A stretch of 61,091 bases of DNA from an uncultured Thermoplasmatales archaeon (GTDB taxonomy: Archaea; Thermoplasmatota; E2; DHVEG-1), in NCBI GenBank assembly GCA_964581795.1, contig CAZOPW010000003.1:1-61091 (forward strand), in the 5' to 3' direction. Made by a program: the position numbers and the translations under genes. Below, one piece after another: positions 45,312 through 54,374 of the stretch. The first letter of the stretch is position 1, and each line of letters begins with the position of its first letter. The notes beneath the pieces were generated by a model. It saw only the letters and a list, made by a program, of their open reading frames with translations. It did no database searches and had not been told where the DNA came from.

Positions 45312-46583
45312 ATGAGTATGGGTTTAACGTTTGCTGAAAAAATTTTAGCTTCATATGCTGGTGAAAAAAAAACCGTTCCTGGTCAGATTGTTACTGTTCA
45401 TCCTGATCATTTATTAACTCATGATAACACAGCAGCCATTATCCAAAAGATACCTAATGAATTAGATACATATGGTATTGCTTCAAATGATCTTCCTGTT
45501 ATTGTTATTGATCATGTAGTCCCTGCGGCTTCTGAAAAAACAGCGATGAATCATAAGAATATTAGGGATTTTGTGAACAAACATCATATCAATCATTTTT
45601 ATGATGTAGGTGAAGGTGTTTGTCATCAAGTCGTCGTTGAGAAAGGACTTGCGCTTCCAGGTAAGATATTATTGGGGAGTGATTCTCATACTTGTTCATA
45701 TGGAGCTGTTGGAGCGTTTTCCTCTGGTATTGATCGAACTGAAGCTGCAGCCTTACTATTGACTGGAAAAACATGGTTGAAAGTTCCGCAAAGTATTCAA
45801 ATGCATTTGGAACAATCCTTGCCAGATGGAGTGTTTGCTAAAGATCTTATTCTTCACATTATTGGTGATATTTCAGCATCAGGGGCCACGTATTGTTCAG
45901 TTGAATATCATGGAGAAGTAGACCAGTTTTCAATTGAAGATCGGTTTACCATTGCGAATATGGGAGTGGAGATGGGAGCGAAAAATTCAGTATTCTTCGT
46001 TGATGACATAACGAAAAAGTATCTTACTTCAATAGGTGTAGCTCTAGATACATATTCACCTGTATATGCAGATGAAGATGCTAAGTATGATCAAACATTA
46101 AATTACGATCTTTCAAATGTTGTTCCAATGATTGCTAAACCACATACGGTAGATAATGTAACTCCTGCTGATTCATTACAAGATATTGATATTCAGCAAG
46201 GTCTTATTGGAACATGTACAAATGGTCGATTATCTGATTTAAAGATTGCAGCGCATATATTAAAAGGAAAAAAAGTTCATCAAGGTGTTCGGTTATTGAT
46301 TCTTCCCGCATCTCGATCGATTCTTAAAGAGGCTCTTGATCAAGGGATTATTCAAACTCTTGTTGAAGCTGGAGCAATGGTTTTACCACCTGGTTGTGGT
46401 CCATGTCTTGGAGCTCATCAAGGAGTGTTATCACCGGGTGAACGATGTTTAAGTACAGCTAATCGGAATTTTAAAGGTCGAATGGGGTCTAAAGAAGCTG
46501 AAATTTATTTAGGAAGCCCAGCTACAGTTGCAGCAAGTTCAATAACTGGTCATATTACCGATCCTCGTGAGGTGATGGACTAA
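45312..46583 (+). CDS. leuC: aconitase-family dehydratase large subunit (3-isopropylmalate dehydratase / homoaconitase type)
   Basis: Fe-S cluster cysteines are in context (GSDSHTCSYG, GTCTNGR, CGPCLG). 423 aa. Confidence 0.85.
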   Translation: MSMGLTFAEKILASYAGEKKTVPGQIVTVHPDHLLTHDNTAAIIQKIPNELDTYGIASNDLPVIVIDHVVPAASEKTAMNHKNIRDFVNKHHINHFYDVGEGVCHQVVVEKGLALPGKILLGSDSHTCSYGAVGAFSSGIDRTEAAALLLTGKTWLKVPQSIQMHLEQSLPDGVFAKDLILHIIGDISASGATYCSVEYHGEVDQFSIEDRFTIANMGVEMGAKNSVFFVDDITKKYLTSIGVALDTYSPVYADEDAKYDQTLNYDLSNVVPMIAKPHTVDNVTPADSLQDIDIQQGLIGTCTNGRLSDLKIAAHILKGKKVHQGVRLLILPASRSILKEALDQGIIQTLVEAGAMVLPPGCGPCLGAHQGVLSPGERCLSTANRNFKGRMGSKEAEIYLGSPATVAASSITGHITDPREVMD

Positions 46584-47071
46584 TGACAAAAGTGTGGAAG
46601 TATGGAGATGATGTTAATACGGATATGCTGTTTCCTGGAAAATATACCTATTCATGTAGCACTCCAGAAGAGATTAAACCTCATTTGTTAGAGGATTTAG
46701 ATGCAGATTTCGCAGAAAAAGTTGAAGAAGGAGATATAATTATAGCTGGAAAAAACTTTGGTTGTGGGAGTAGCAGGGAGCAGCCTGTTGTTGGATTAAA
46801 AGCAGTGGGTATTAGAGCAGTAATTGCAAAAAGTTTCGCTCGTATCTTTTACCGATCAGCTATTAATCAAGGATTGCTTCTAATTGAATCTCCAAAAGCT
46901 GTTGAAGCATATAATGAAGGTGATGAGGTAACGGTGGATGCGGATAGTGGAGTTATAAAGGTTGGTGACGAATCGTTTCATTTCCCGCAGCTTCCTGCAG
47001 AGATTATTGCGATTCAAAAAGCCGGTGGTCTTCTTTCGTATGTTAGAAAAACATTAAAGGAAAAAAATTAA
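46583..47071 (+). CDS. leuD: aconitase-family dehydratase small subunit
   Basis: 162 aa. GKNFGCGSSREQP block. Start overlaps the leuC stop. Confidence 0.85.
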   Translation: MTKVWKYGDDVNTDMLFPGKYTYSCSTPEEIKPHLLEDLDADFAEKVEEGDIIIAGKNFGCGSSREQPVVGLKAVGIRAVIAKSFARIFYRSAINQGLLLIESPKAVEAYNEGDEVTVDADSGVIKVGDESFHFPQLPAEIIAIQKAGGLLSYVRKTLKEKN

Positions 47072-47111
47072 AAGAAGATTTGATAAAAATTTAAAAAATA
47101 TTTCCTTTTTT

Positions 47112-47621
47112 TTATTTTTTATATTCAGGATATGTTCCATTTATATATTCTTTTACTAAATGCTGATAGATTTTAGCGTTTTTATGACCTTGTTTCTGAT
47201 AGGTTTCATTTTGTTTGACAACTTTACCTGGTACACCGAGAACAAGACTGTTTTCTGGGATAATAGTGTCTTGGGTGACAAGTGCGTTTGCTCCGATGAT
47301 TGAGCCTTTTTTGATGACTGCTCCACTTAATACTGTAGCATGAATGCCGATAATGCAGTCTTCTTCAATTGTTGCTCCATGAATCATTGCGTTATGACCA
47401 AGGCTTACATTATTAGCTATTTCAACTCCATGACGTTCATCGACATGGATCACACAGCAATCTTGAATGTTTGATCCATTTCCAATAATAATTGAGTTTT
47501 CATCTCCTCGGAGTACTGCTTGAGGAAAAACTCCGCAATGTTTTCCTATAGTTACATCGCCAATAATTGAAGCGGTATGATGAACATATGTTGTACTATC
47601 AATAGATGGTTTTTTCGTCAT
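47112..47621 (-). CDS. gamma-class carbonic anhydrase-like / hexapeptide-repeat (LbH) protein
   Basis: Repeated hexapeptide pattern with the histidines of the gamma-CA family (RGDENSIIIGNGSNIQDCCVIH...GHNAMIHG). Confidence 0.8.
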   Translation of the reverse strand: MTKKPSIDSTTYVHHTASIIGDVTIGKHCGVFPQAVLRGDENSIIIGNGSNIQDCCVIHVDERHGVEIANNVSLGHNAMIHGATIEEDCIIGIHATVLSGAVIKKGSIIGANALVTQDTIIPENSLVLGVPGKVVKQNETYQKQGHKNAKIYQHLVKEYINGTYPEYKK

Positions 47622-47816
47622 ATGAAAAACGTTGATTGGGGATTTACTTTTTAATTTTTTGTGAGCTTCATAATCGAATTTAACTGTTTAATTAAGTTAT
47701 TTAATTTAATAAAATATTTAAAATATAAAATTAATGAAACTTATATTACAAATATATAATAAAATGACAAGTAAAATATTAATAGGGCCAATTTATAAAT
47801 CTTAATACTAAAATTT

Positions 47817-48521
47817 GTGAAAAACATCGGAGGGATTTTCATAACCAATACAACTAAAAAAATTGTAGAGTCAATTAATTCAGAAATAAAAAATATCATG
47901 TCATATATCAAAAAAATGGAGAAAACAGGCTATATAATTCTAATTTTTACATTACTCATGGGCTTGGCAATTGGACTAGTATTTGGTTCCCTGTCTTGTT
48001 CGCCCACTGAAGAAAGCTTTTATTATCCTATAGAACTAAGTTCAGAAATAGATAGATTACGCAATGTTATCGATGGAAAAGATGAAGAGATTGGAATGCT
48101 AAATTCAGCAATGAGTATCATGGAAAGTGGAGGACATATAAACATCAACGTTGTAGAATGTAATTACATAGATGACTACATCAGATTAAAAGTTGAAAAT
48201 AAGTTGCCCATACAAGCTGAAGTACAATGCGTTGGAATAATAGGGGATTTTGTATACACCGAAGATTGGTTAGATGATTACAGTGATGATGCAAGTGGTT
48301 TAATCCCTGCAGGCGGATCAAGAATCTTAATATGGAATGATAGCGAGGCACAATCACTAAACTTAGATCATTCTTCAGGAAGTATTGTGATGAATAACTC
48401 AACGGATGGTGAAGATGAAAGGTATCAAACTGAATTTTTTGAGGGTGATAGTTATGTCGTTCGGGTTAAATGTAGTGATGGAATAATTTATTATACAAAA
48501 ATAAAAGGTGAATTGGAATAA
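47817..48521 (+). CDS. hypothetical membrane-anchored extracytoplasmic protein
   Basis: ORF track. One N-terminal TM/signal-anchor (GYIILIFTLLMGLAIGLVFGSLSC). The rest is acidic and beta-rich. No family recognised. The start is uncertain. Confidence 0.5.
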   Translation: MKNIGGIFITNTTKKIVESINSEIKNIMSYIKKMEKTGYIILIFTLLMGLAIGLVFGSLSCSPTEESFYYPIELSSEIDRLRNVIDGKDEEIGMLNSAMSIMESGGHININVVECNYIDDYIRLKVENKLPIQAEVQCVGIIGDFVYTEDWLDDYSDDASGLIPAGGSRILIWNDSEAQSLNLDHSSGSIVMNNSTDGEDERYQTEFFEGDSYVVRVKCSDGIIYYTKIKGELE

Positions 48522-48749
48522 ATCTATCTTTGAAAGAAGAACGTAACCACGTATTTTTAACATTGTTACGAAGATTTGTCAGTTTTATTTAAAAATTAGA
48601 TATGATCAATTTTACTTACAAACTTTGATTCAATAATCAAAATGAATTTCTATAAAAAATGAAAGGCATAATTTTTTTTAGAAACAAATAGTACAATCAA
48701 TTCTTGTAAAATCAAAAATTAAAAATATGACAAATGATATCAAGATACT

Positions 48750-49460
48750 TTGGGTCTGGGATTGGATAGCCTCAAGGTGAGTAAAAAGGTCATCGTTCCA
48801 CCAAGGAGAAAAACGTGGTGGTTACCTGTTTTACTAGTGTGTACTTTATTTCTTCTAGGTTCTCAGACTACATTTACTTCTGCTCAAAGTCATCCACCTG
48901 TCTTTGATTACGTGTCATCTCCAAATGTACATCTTCTTGATAATAATATAACGTTCAAATGTGTTTTTTCACCAATAAATAATCCAACACAAGTAAGTGT
49001 TCACATTGACTATCCAAATTCATCTACTTGCACATTTGATATGATTGAGACGAGTCAAGGCAAATATGTAAACATAACCTCGTTTAATTTAACTGGCCAA
49101 TACTCTTTTGTTATATCTGCAATAATTGATAATCAGTTTGTCTATAGCATCTGCCGGTCTTTTTGGATAACAACTTCTTTATCTGATCAAGATAATGATA
49201 AAATGCATGATGATTGGGAACGATTTTATGGGTTAAATTTTTCAAATCCAATGGATGCATTTGGAGATATTGACAATGACGGTTTCAAGAATTTAGATGA
49301 ATTCACCATGAAAACTGATCCATTGGAAGCTGATTACATCGAATTCATCGTATTTTTCATTAATTCTCATTTCCGTTTTATCATTTTAACCATGTTCTTT
49401 TCACTTATTGCATTATGTTGTTCTTTAATTGGTCTGAGGCGATCCACCAGATGGATTTAA
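48750..49460 (+). CDS. secreted protein with Ig-like region, thrombospondin type-3-like Ca-binding repeats and C-terminal TM anchor
   Basis: Signal peptide (WWLPVLLVCTLFLLGSQTTFTSAQS). DQDNDKMHDDWE and DIDNDGFKNLDE repeats. Hydrophobic C-terminus + RRSTRW. Non-ATG start (TTG 48750 or GTG 48777). Confidence 0.6.
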   Translation: MGLGLDSLKVSKKVIVPPRRKTWWLPVLLVCTLFLLGSQTTFTSAQSHPPVFDYVSSPNVHLLDNNITFKCVFSPINNPTQVSVHIDYPNSSTCTFDMIETSQGKYVNITSFNLTGQYSFVISAIIDNQFVYSICRSFWITTSLSDQDNDKMHDDWERFYGLNFSNPMDAFGDIDNDGFKNLDEFTMKTDPLEADYIEFIVFFINSHFRFIILTMFFSLIALCCSLIGLRRSTRWI

Positions 49461-49978
49461 AATGGAAAGTAGGATTTGCTGTTACAGCTTTTGCCAGTAG
49501 TTTACTGTTACTTATCATGCTTTATGATATTATTGCGATGCAGGAACGATTTCATTACTGGCTTTATCTATCCAGTGGTTTATTGATTTTAAGTGTTTTT
49601 TTATTTTTGCTCATGACTCGTTCATCAAGAAAACAAATGGATCCTGTTATGTTATTTGAAAAAACATTGTATGGTGGATTATATCATTTCCAATGTTCTC
49701 GATGCGGAGGCATGTTTGCATTAAAAGAATCCAGAAAAAATGATATTCAAGAGTTAACGTTAACCTGTCCTGATTGTGGAGCAGTTGGAAGGATATCATC
49801 AAGATCGCCGACCATTGTTGATCATATTCCCTCTGAAAAATCCCCTCGGATTTCATTTATTTGCACGAACTGTGGTGAACGACTTAATGTATGGGCAGAA
49901 GGAAAACCTCTCTTCGACCAAGTCTCAATTTTTTCTTGTCCGTATTGTGGCAGTAAAAAACCAATGAAACAACAATAA
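49451..49978 (+). CDS. membrane protein with two C-terminal zinc ribbons
   Basis: Two N-terminal TM helices followed by CSRCGG...CPDCG and CTNCG...CPYCG. The ATG at 49451 overlaps the upstream stop by 10 nt. The track start at 49415 is in the same frame. Confidence 0.55.
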   Translation: MDLKWKVGFAVTAFASSLLLLIMLYDIIAMQERFHYWLYLSSGLLILSVFLFLLMTRSSRKQMDPVMLFEKTLYGGLYHFQCSRCGGMFALKESRKNDIQELTLTCPDCGAVGRISSRSPTIVDHIPSEKSPRISFICTNCGERLNVWAEGKPLFDQVSIFSCPYCGSKKPMKQQ

Positions 49979-49987
49979 AAAAATATT

Positions 49988-51871
49988 TCATTTTTTTATT
50001 TTATGCCGTATATTTACCGCTTCACCGTACGTTCGCTGAGTCATCTCAACTCCATTCATCGTTGCAGATCCCACGCCGAGATATTTCTCACCTTGAATGA
50101 CAAGGACGTCATCTCCTTTTCGAATAATTTCATCAGCACTGATTACTCCAGGAGATAAAATAGATCCTTTAACTGTAAAGCCAGTATCAATATTCACCGT
50201 GTACCTGTTGAGATGAATCATTTTCTTTCCTCCTTCAGCAGTAAGTGAAATAAGCCCCCGTCCATCAGGAATCATACCAAGTTGTTGACCTTCTTTATCA
50301 AATAATTTCAGATATGGGTATTTTCCTTTTATCACACAATTGTTGGTTAATGCGTAAGCAAGTTTTGATCCAAATTGATATGTTGCTATAGCTTGAACCT
50401 GTAGTAAACGTTGATCTGATTTAGATAAAATGGATTCTTTATTTGTTTTAGTCGCGTTTTTAAGAATGGTAGTTAACTTGTTTAATGATGCATAACTAGT
50501 TGCTTTTTCATTTGTTATACTATTCTGCCAGCTTATGTTTAGATGTTTTGGTGGTTGAACAAGATCCGGTGGTAAATGAGAAACGATTGTATCATACTTG
50601 TTTTGTTGAAGAAATTGGTCTAGTTGAGACTGAATCATTTGTTTTTCATCATCATACCATGTTCCAGTAACGGATATATCATATGATGAAGCAGGATAAG
50701 TTAATTCTAATTCCCGTGGAACAAGACCAATTGGAGAAGTAATAATGACTTCATGAATTGATGAATGATTTGATACTTTTGTTATTGCTTGATGAAATCG
50801 TTGATGACTTTTTGAAAAAGAATACGGTTTTTTCGCTGAACATGGCAGAAGAAGGAGTATGTTTTTTCTTATTGGTTTCCGGTATCTATTATGAATCCGT
50901 TGCTGAAATCGTTTTATTTCAGGTCGAAATCCTGCTTCTCTACTTGTTGCTAATAACCTGTAATTTTCAGGCATGCAAACAGGGGTTCGTTGTTCTAAAT
51001 AATCTGAACCAATAGTGTCAATGTATCGTAAAATGTTAACTAATTCTGGTGAATGACGAATCCTTTTTTCAACAAGGTCTCTTAACCTGTTATAATGGAT
51101 TGCCTGACGAACTGTAATTATTTCCAGCTGTAACATGTAATAATTATGATGGAGGAGTTGTGTAAAAGAAAAAGAGGAAGGATGTTTATTGGTCTGTGAA
51201 CAGATTGGGCAAACACATGGATTTTCAATGATTTCTGATACATTTGCTGTTGTTGTATCTGGTAAAAAAAATTTTTTATGACGACTTGCCAAAATTGCGG
51301 TTGTTCCATCAAATAAATCCGCACCAATATAACATAATAGCGCAAGATTTGAAACTGTGGCAATTCGAGGAAGAAACACGATTGAGTCATAATTACTTTT
51401 TTTACGAAGCTTAATTATATAGGAAACAAATTTTTGTGGATGATTCCACAATTGAAACGAATTTGAAACGATATACATGAGTGATGTTTGAGAGGAAACG
51501 TATTCATTGATTGTTTCTTCATCACTTGGTAGAACTTTGAATTCGTCATCGTGTTGCTTATCAAATTGAGTTAAATACGTGTGTACTCTGTTTGGTAAGG
51601 CTTCAGGAACAATAATAAAATCTTGAAGGCATCGTTTTTGCTTAGATTTGTTTTCTTGCGAAAAAACGCTAGATCCAATTTGTAATAATGAATGATTAGT
51701 TTTATCATTTGATTCAATTGTACAATTTGAAATAATTGCTTTTGGAGTAAATGAAGGTTGATAGTGACTATTTGATGGAAATAAGATATTTGGAGTTTTT
51801 ATTTTTTGATTATGAACAGTTAGATATCCTATTTGCGCAGGACCATCAGTAGTCTCAAGTTGAAATTGCAT
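49988..51871 (-). CDS. arcS: archaeosine synthase ArcS (TgtA2-type, TGT-like N-domain + PUA)
   Basis: TGT-like N-terminus (GPAQIGYLTVHNQKIKTPN), Zn motif CVCPICS...HH and the ArcS signature PC-X3-KPY (LLLPCSAKKPYSFS). C-terminal PUA-like domain. Confidence 0.75.
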   Translation of the reverse strand: MQFQLETTDGPAQIGYLTVHNQKIKTPNILFPSNSHYQPSFTPKAIISNCTIESNDKTNHSLLQIGSSVFSQENKSKQKRCLQDFIIVPEALPNRVHTYLTQFDKQHDDEFKVLPSDEETINEYVSSQTSLMYIVSNSFQLWNHPQKFVSYIIKLRKKSNYDSIVFLPRIATVSNLALLCYIGADLFDGTTAILASRHKKFFLPDTTTANVSEIIENPCVCPICSQTNKHPSSFSFTQLLHHNYYMLQLEIITVRQAIHYNRLRDLVEKRIRHSPELVNILRYIDTIGSDYLEQRTPVCMPENYRLLATSREAGFRPEIKRFQQRIHNRYRKPIRKNILLLLPCSAKKPYSFSKSHQRFHQAITKVSNHSSIHEVIITSPIGLVPRELELTYPASSYDISVTGTWYDDEKQMIQSQLDQFLQQNKYDTIVSHLPPDLVQPPKHLNISWQNSITNEKATSYASLNKLTTILKNATKTNKESILSKSDQRLLQVQAIATYQFGSKLAYALTNNCVIKGKYPYLKLFDKEGQQLGMIPDGRGLISLTAEGGKKMIHLNRYTVNIDTGFTVKGSILSPGVISADEIIRKGDDVLVIQGEKYLGVGSATMNGVEMTQRTYGEAVNIRHKIKK

Positions 51872-51945
51872 ACAATCTTCCTAAAAGCTTTTTCTTCTTC
51901 TTATGATTTCCCATTATAAAAAAAGTAATGAGAATGACTGTTTTT

Positions 51946-53496
51946 TTAGTGTCTAAAATACCGTTGACCCGTAAACACCATCGCAATATTTTTTTCGTTA
52001 GCTGCAGCGATTACTTCTTCATCTCGAATGCTTCCACCAGGTTGAATAATAGCCTTTACACCTGCTTCAGCAGCTAAATCCACGGCATCACGGAAGGGGA
52101 AGAACGCATCACTAGCTAGAATTGATCCTTTGATGTCCTCCTTTCCTTTGTGTGTTGCAATCCATGTTGCATCAACACGAGCGGTTTGTCCCCCACCGAT
52201 CCCAACGGTTTGTGTGTCTTTCACGAATACAACAGAATTTGATTTCACGTGTTTCACACATTTCACTGCAAATTCCATAGATTTTAATTGGCTTTTCGTA
52301 GGTTTTTTATTCGTGACGATTTTCCAATCACGTTGTGGAGTCATATGAACATCTCGTTGTTGTGAAAGCATTCCGCCAACGACACTACGAAATATCATTC
52401 CTGACCGATCGATTTGTTCGTCAATTCCAGGTAGTGAAAGAATACGTAAATTTTTCTTATTTGAAAAAATCTTTTTCGCATCAGTTGTATAATCTGGAGC
52501 AATAACCACTTCTAAGAATAATTTTCCAAGTTCCTGAGCAACTTCCTTTCCTACCTTCCGATTGAATGCAACAATTCCACCAAAAGGAGAATATGTATCT
52601 GTTGAAAATGCATCTTTCCAAGCTTGAAGTAAATTTTTTGCACTCGCAATACCACAAGGAGTTGCATGTTTAATGATCACACAAGTTGGTTCATTGAATT
52701 CTTTAATAGCTTCGATAGCTCCATCACTATCAAGAACATTATTGTATGATAATGCCTTTCCTTGCAATTTGATTGCATTGGTAATACAAGGTTCACTTGT
52801 TTCCGGTAGAACTTGATAGAATCCGCCTTTTAAATGAGGGTTTTCTCCATAACGCATATCTTGTTTTTTTCGAAGTGCAATGGTGTTATTTTTAGGTAAA
52901 CATTCATTTGTCCATCTTGATCGAAGGTATGATGAAATAATAGCGTCATACTGTGCAGTGTGAGAATACGCATCAAGAGCAAGTTGCTCCCTGTCTTCTA
53001 ATGTAATATCCTTTTTTTGTTGTAATTGCTCTGAAACTAGTTGATATTGATTTGGACTAGTAACAATGATGACATCTTTGTAGTTTTTAGCTGCAGATCG
53101 AATTAAGGTTGGACCACCAATATCAATGTTTTCAATGACTTCATCAAAAGAAACATTAGGTTTTTTTATGGTTTCTTCAAAAGGATAGAGATTACAGACA
53201 ACAAGGTCAACAGGTGATATATCATGTTGTTGCAAGGTTTGCATATGATCATTTTTTGTTCGTTGAGCAAGGATTCCTGCATGAATACGAGGGTGTAATG
53301 TTTTTACTCGGCCATTAAGCATTTCTGGAAAACCGGTTACAGAAGAAATTGATGTATGAGGGATATTATGTTTTGCCAGTAAAGCAGCTGTTCCACCAGT
53401 AGAAATAATTTCTATATCTAAAGTGATTAAGGTTTCTGCAAAAGAGTCTACACCTGTTTTATCTGAGACACTTATTAATGCTTTTTTCACACTCAT
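51946..53496 (-). CDS. purH: bifunctional AICAR transformylase / IMP cyclohydrolase
   Basis: MGS-like N-domain (ALISVSDKTG...STGGTA) and AICARFT domain. ATG at 53496 is preferred over the TTG at 53523. Confidence 0.93.
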   Translation of the reverse strand: MSVKKALISVSDKTGVDSFAETLITLDIEIISTGGTAALLAKHNIPHTSISSVTGFPEMLNGRVKTLHPRIHAGILAQRTKNDHMQTLQQHDISPVDLVVCNLYPFEETIKKPNVSFDEVIENIDIGGPTLIRSAAKNYKDVIIVTSPNQYQLVSEQLQQKKDITLEDREQLALDAYSHTAQYDAIISSYLRSRWTNECLPKNNTIALRKKQDMRYGENPHLKGGFYQVLPETSEPCITNAIKLQGKALSYNNVLDSDGAIEAIKEFNEPTCVIIKHATPCGIASAKNLLQAWKDAFSTDTYSPFGGIVAFNRKVGKEVAQELGKLFLEVVIAPDYTTDAKKIFSNKKNLRILSLPGIDEQIDRSGMIFRSVVGGMLSQQRDVHMTPQRDWKIVTNKKPTKSQLKSMEFAVKCVKHVKSNSVVFVKDTQTVGIGGGQTARVDATWIATHKGKEDIKGSILASDAFFPFRDAVDLAAEAGVKAIIQPGGSIRDEEVIAAANEKNIAMVFTGQRYFRH

Positions 53497-53543
53497 TACT
53501 GTTACCCAACAGGCATATACCAACAGCTCATAAACATTTGGGT

Positions 53544-54374
53544 TTATTTTTTTCGTTTTTCTTTTTTGATGGCCTCTTGCAAACTAATTTTTCCTTCTAA
53601 CACCTTTTTTGCTTGTTTTTGATTTATAGAGAATCGACCATCAGTCATCTGTCTGCTTTTCTCCTGAATATTTCGTATTGCTCCTCGTGTTGGTTTTAAT
53701 GGTAAACGACGTTGTACTCGTCCACCACTAAGCATTGCAATTGCAGCTGCTGCCTCCCGGTCTCGATGTGCTCGTTGTGTTTGTTGCGATGAGGTTGTTT
53801 TACTTTCATCTACGATTTCAATAGGAATCTGAAGAGGGATCAAAGAATTGATGATTCGGTTTCTAATCAGAAGGGATCCATGACCAATTCGAAGGAAGTA
53901 TTCATGAGCAGGGTATTCACGGATAAATCGTTTCACGTTTTTTGCAACGTTCTCTGGTGTTTTCACTTGAGTTTTTAAAATAAGGATATCATCGCCAACA
54001 AGAGCAATGCCAGGTTTTTCACCAGGATCAATACCGATGTAAACGGTATGATAAAGTTCTTTGCCGATGAGTAAATGTAATGCTTTATCAATTGCATGTT
54101 CAATGGATTCATAAGCATCTGCAGCAACAACTTTGGGCTTATTGACTTCATGAACATATGCATGTGAAGTTATAATCACACCTATACGATTGGGTATATG
54201 ATCAAGAGATGTAAGGGATACATAGGAAATATTTCTTCTTTTAAGTCCTTGCACAAGGTCATGATATAATCTAAAGTCTTTGGTGTAAATACCGATTGTT
54301 TTGTATGGAGATTTATTTTTCACTATTGTTTTTTCCTCCAAGGAATCAATACACTTTTTTGTTATCGTTCCCAT
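53544..54374 (-). CDS. hypothetical protein with possible RNase H-fold (RuvC/YqgF-like) core
   Basis: ORF track. VYIGIDPGEKPGIALVGDDILIL resembles the first strand and acidic residue of RuvC/YqgF-type folds, followed by IEIVDESKTT. Basic C-terminal tail. The call is weak. Confidence 0.35.
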   Translation of the reverse strand: MGTITKKCIDSLEEKTIVKNKSPYKTIGIYTKDFRLYHDLVQGLKRRNISYVSLTSLDHIPNRIGVIITSHAYVHEVNKPKVVAADAYESIEHAIDKALHLLIGKELYHTVYIGIDPGEKPGIALVGDDILILKTQVKTPENVAKNVKRFIREYPAHEYFLRIGHGSLLIRNRIINSLIPLQIPIEIVDESKTTSSQQTQRAHRDREAAAAIAMLSGGRVQRRLPLKPTRGAIRNIQEKSRQMTDGRFSINQKQAKKVLEGKISLQEAIKKEKRKK

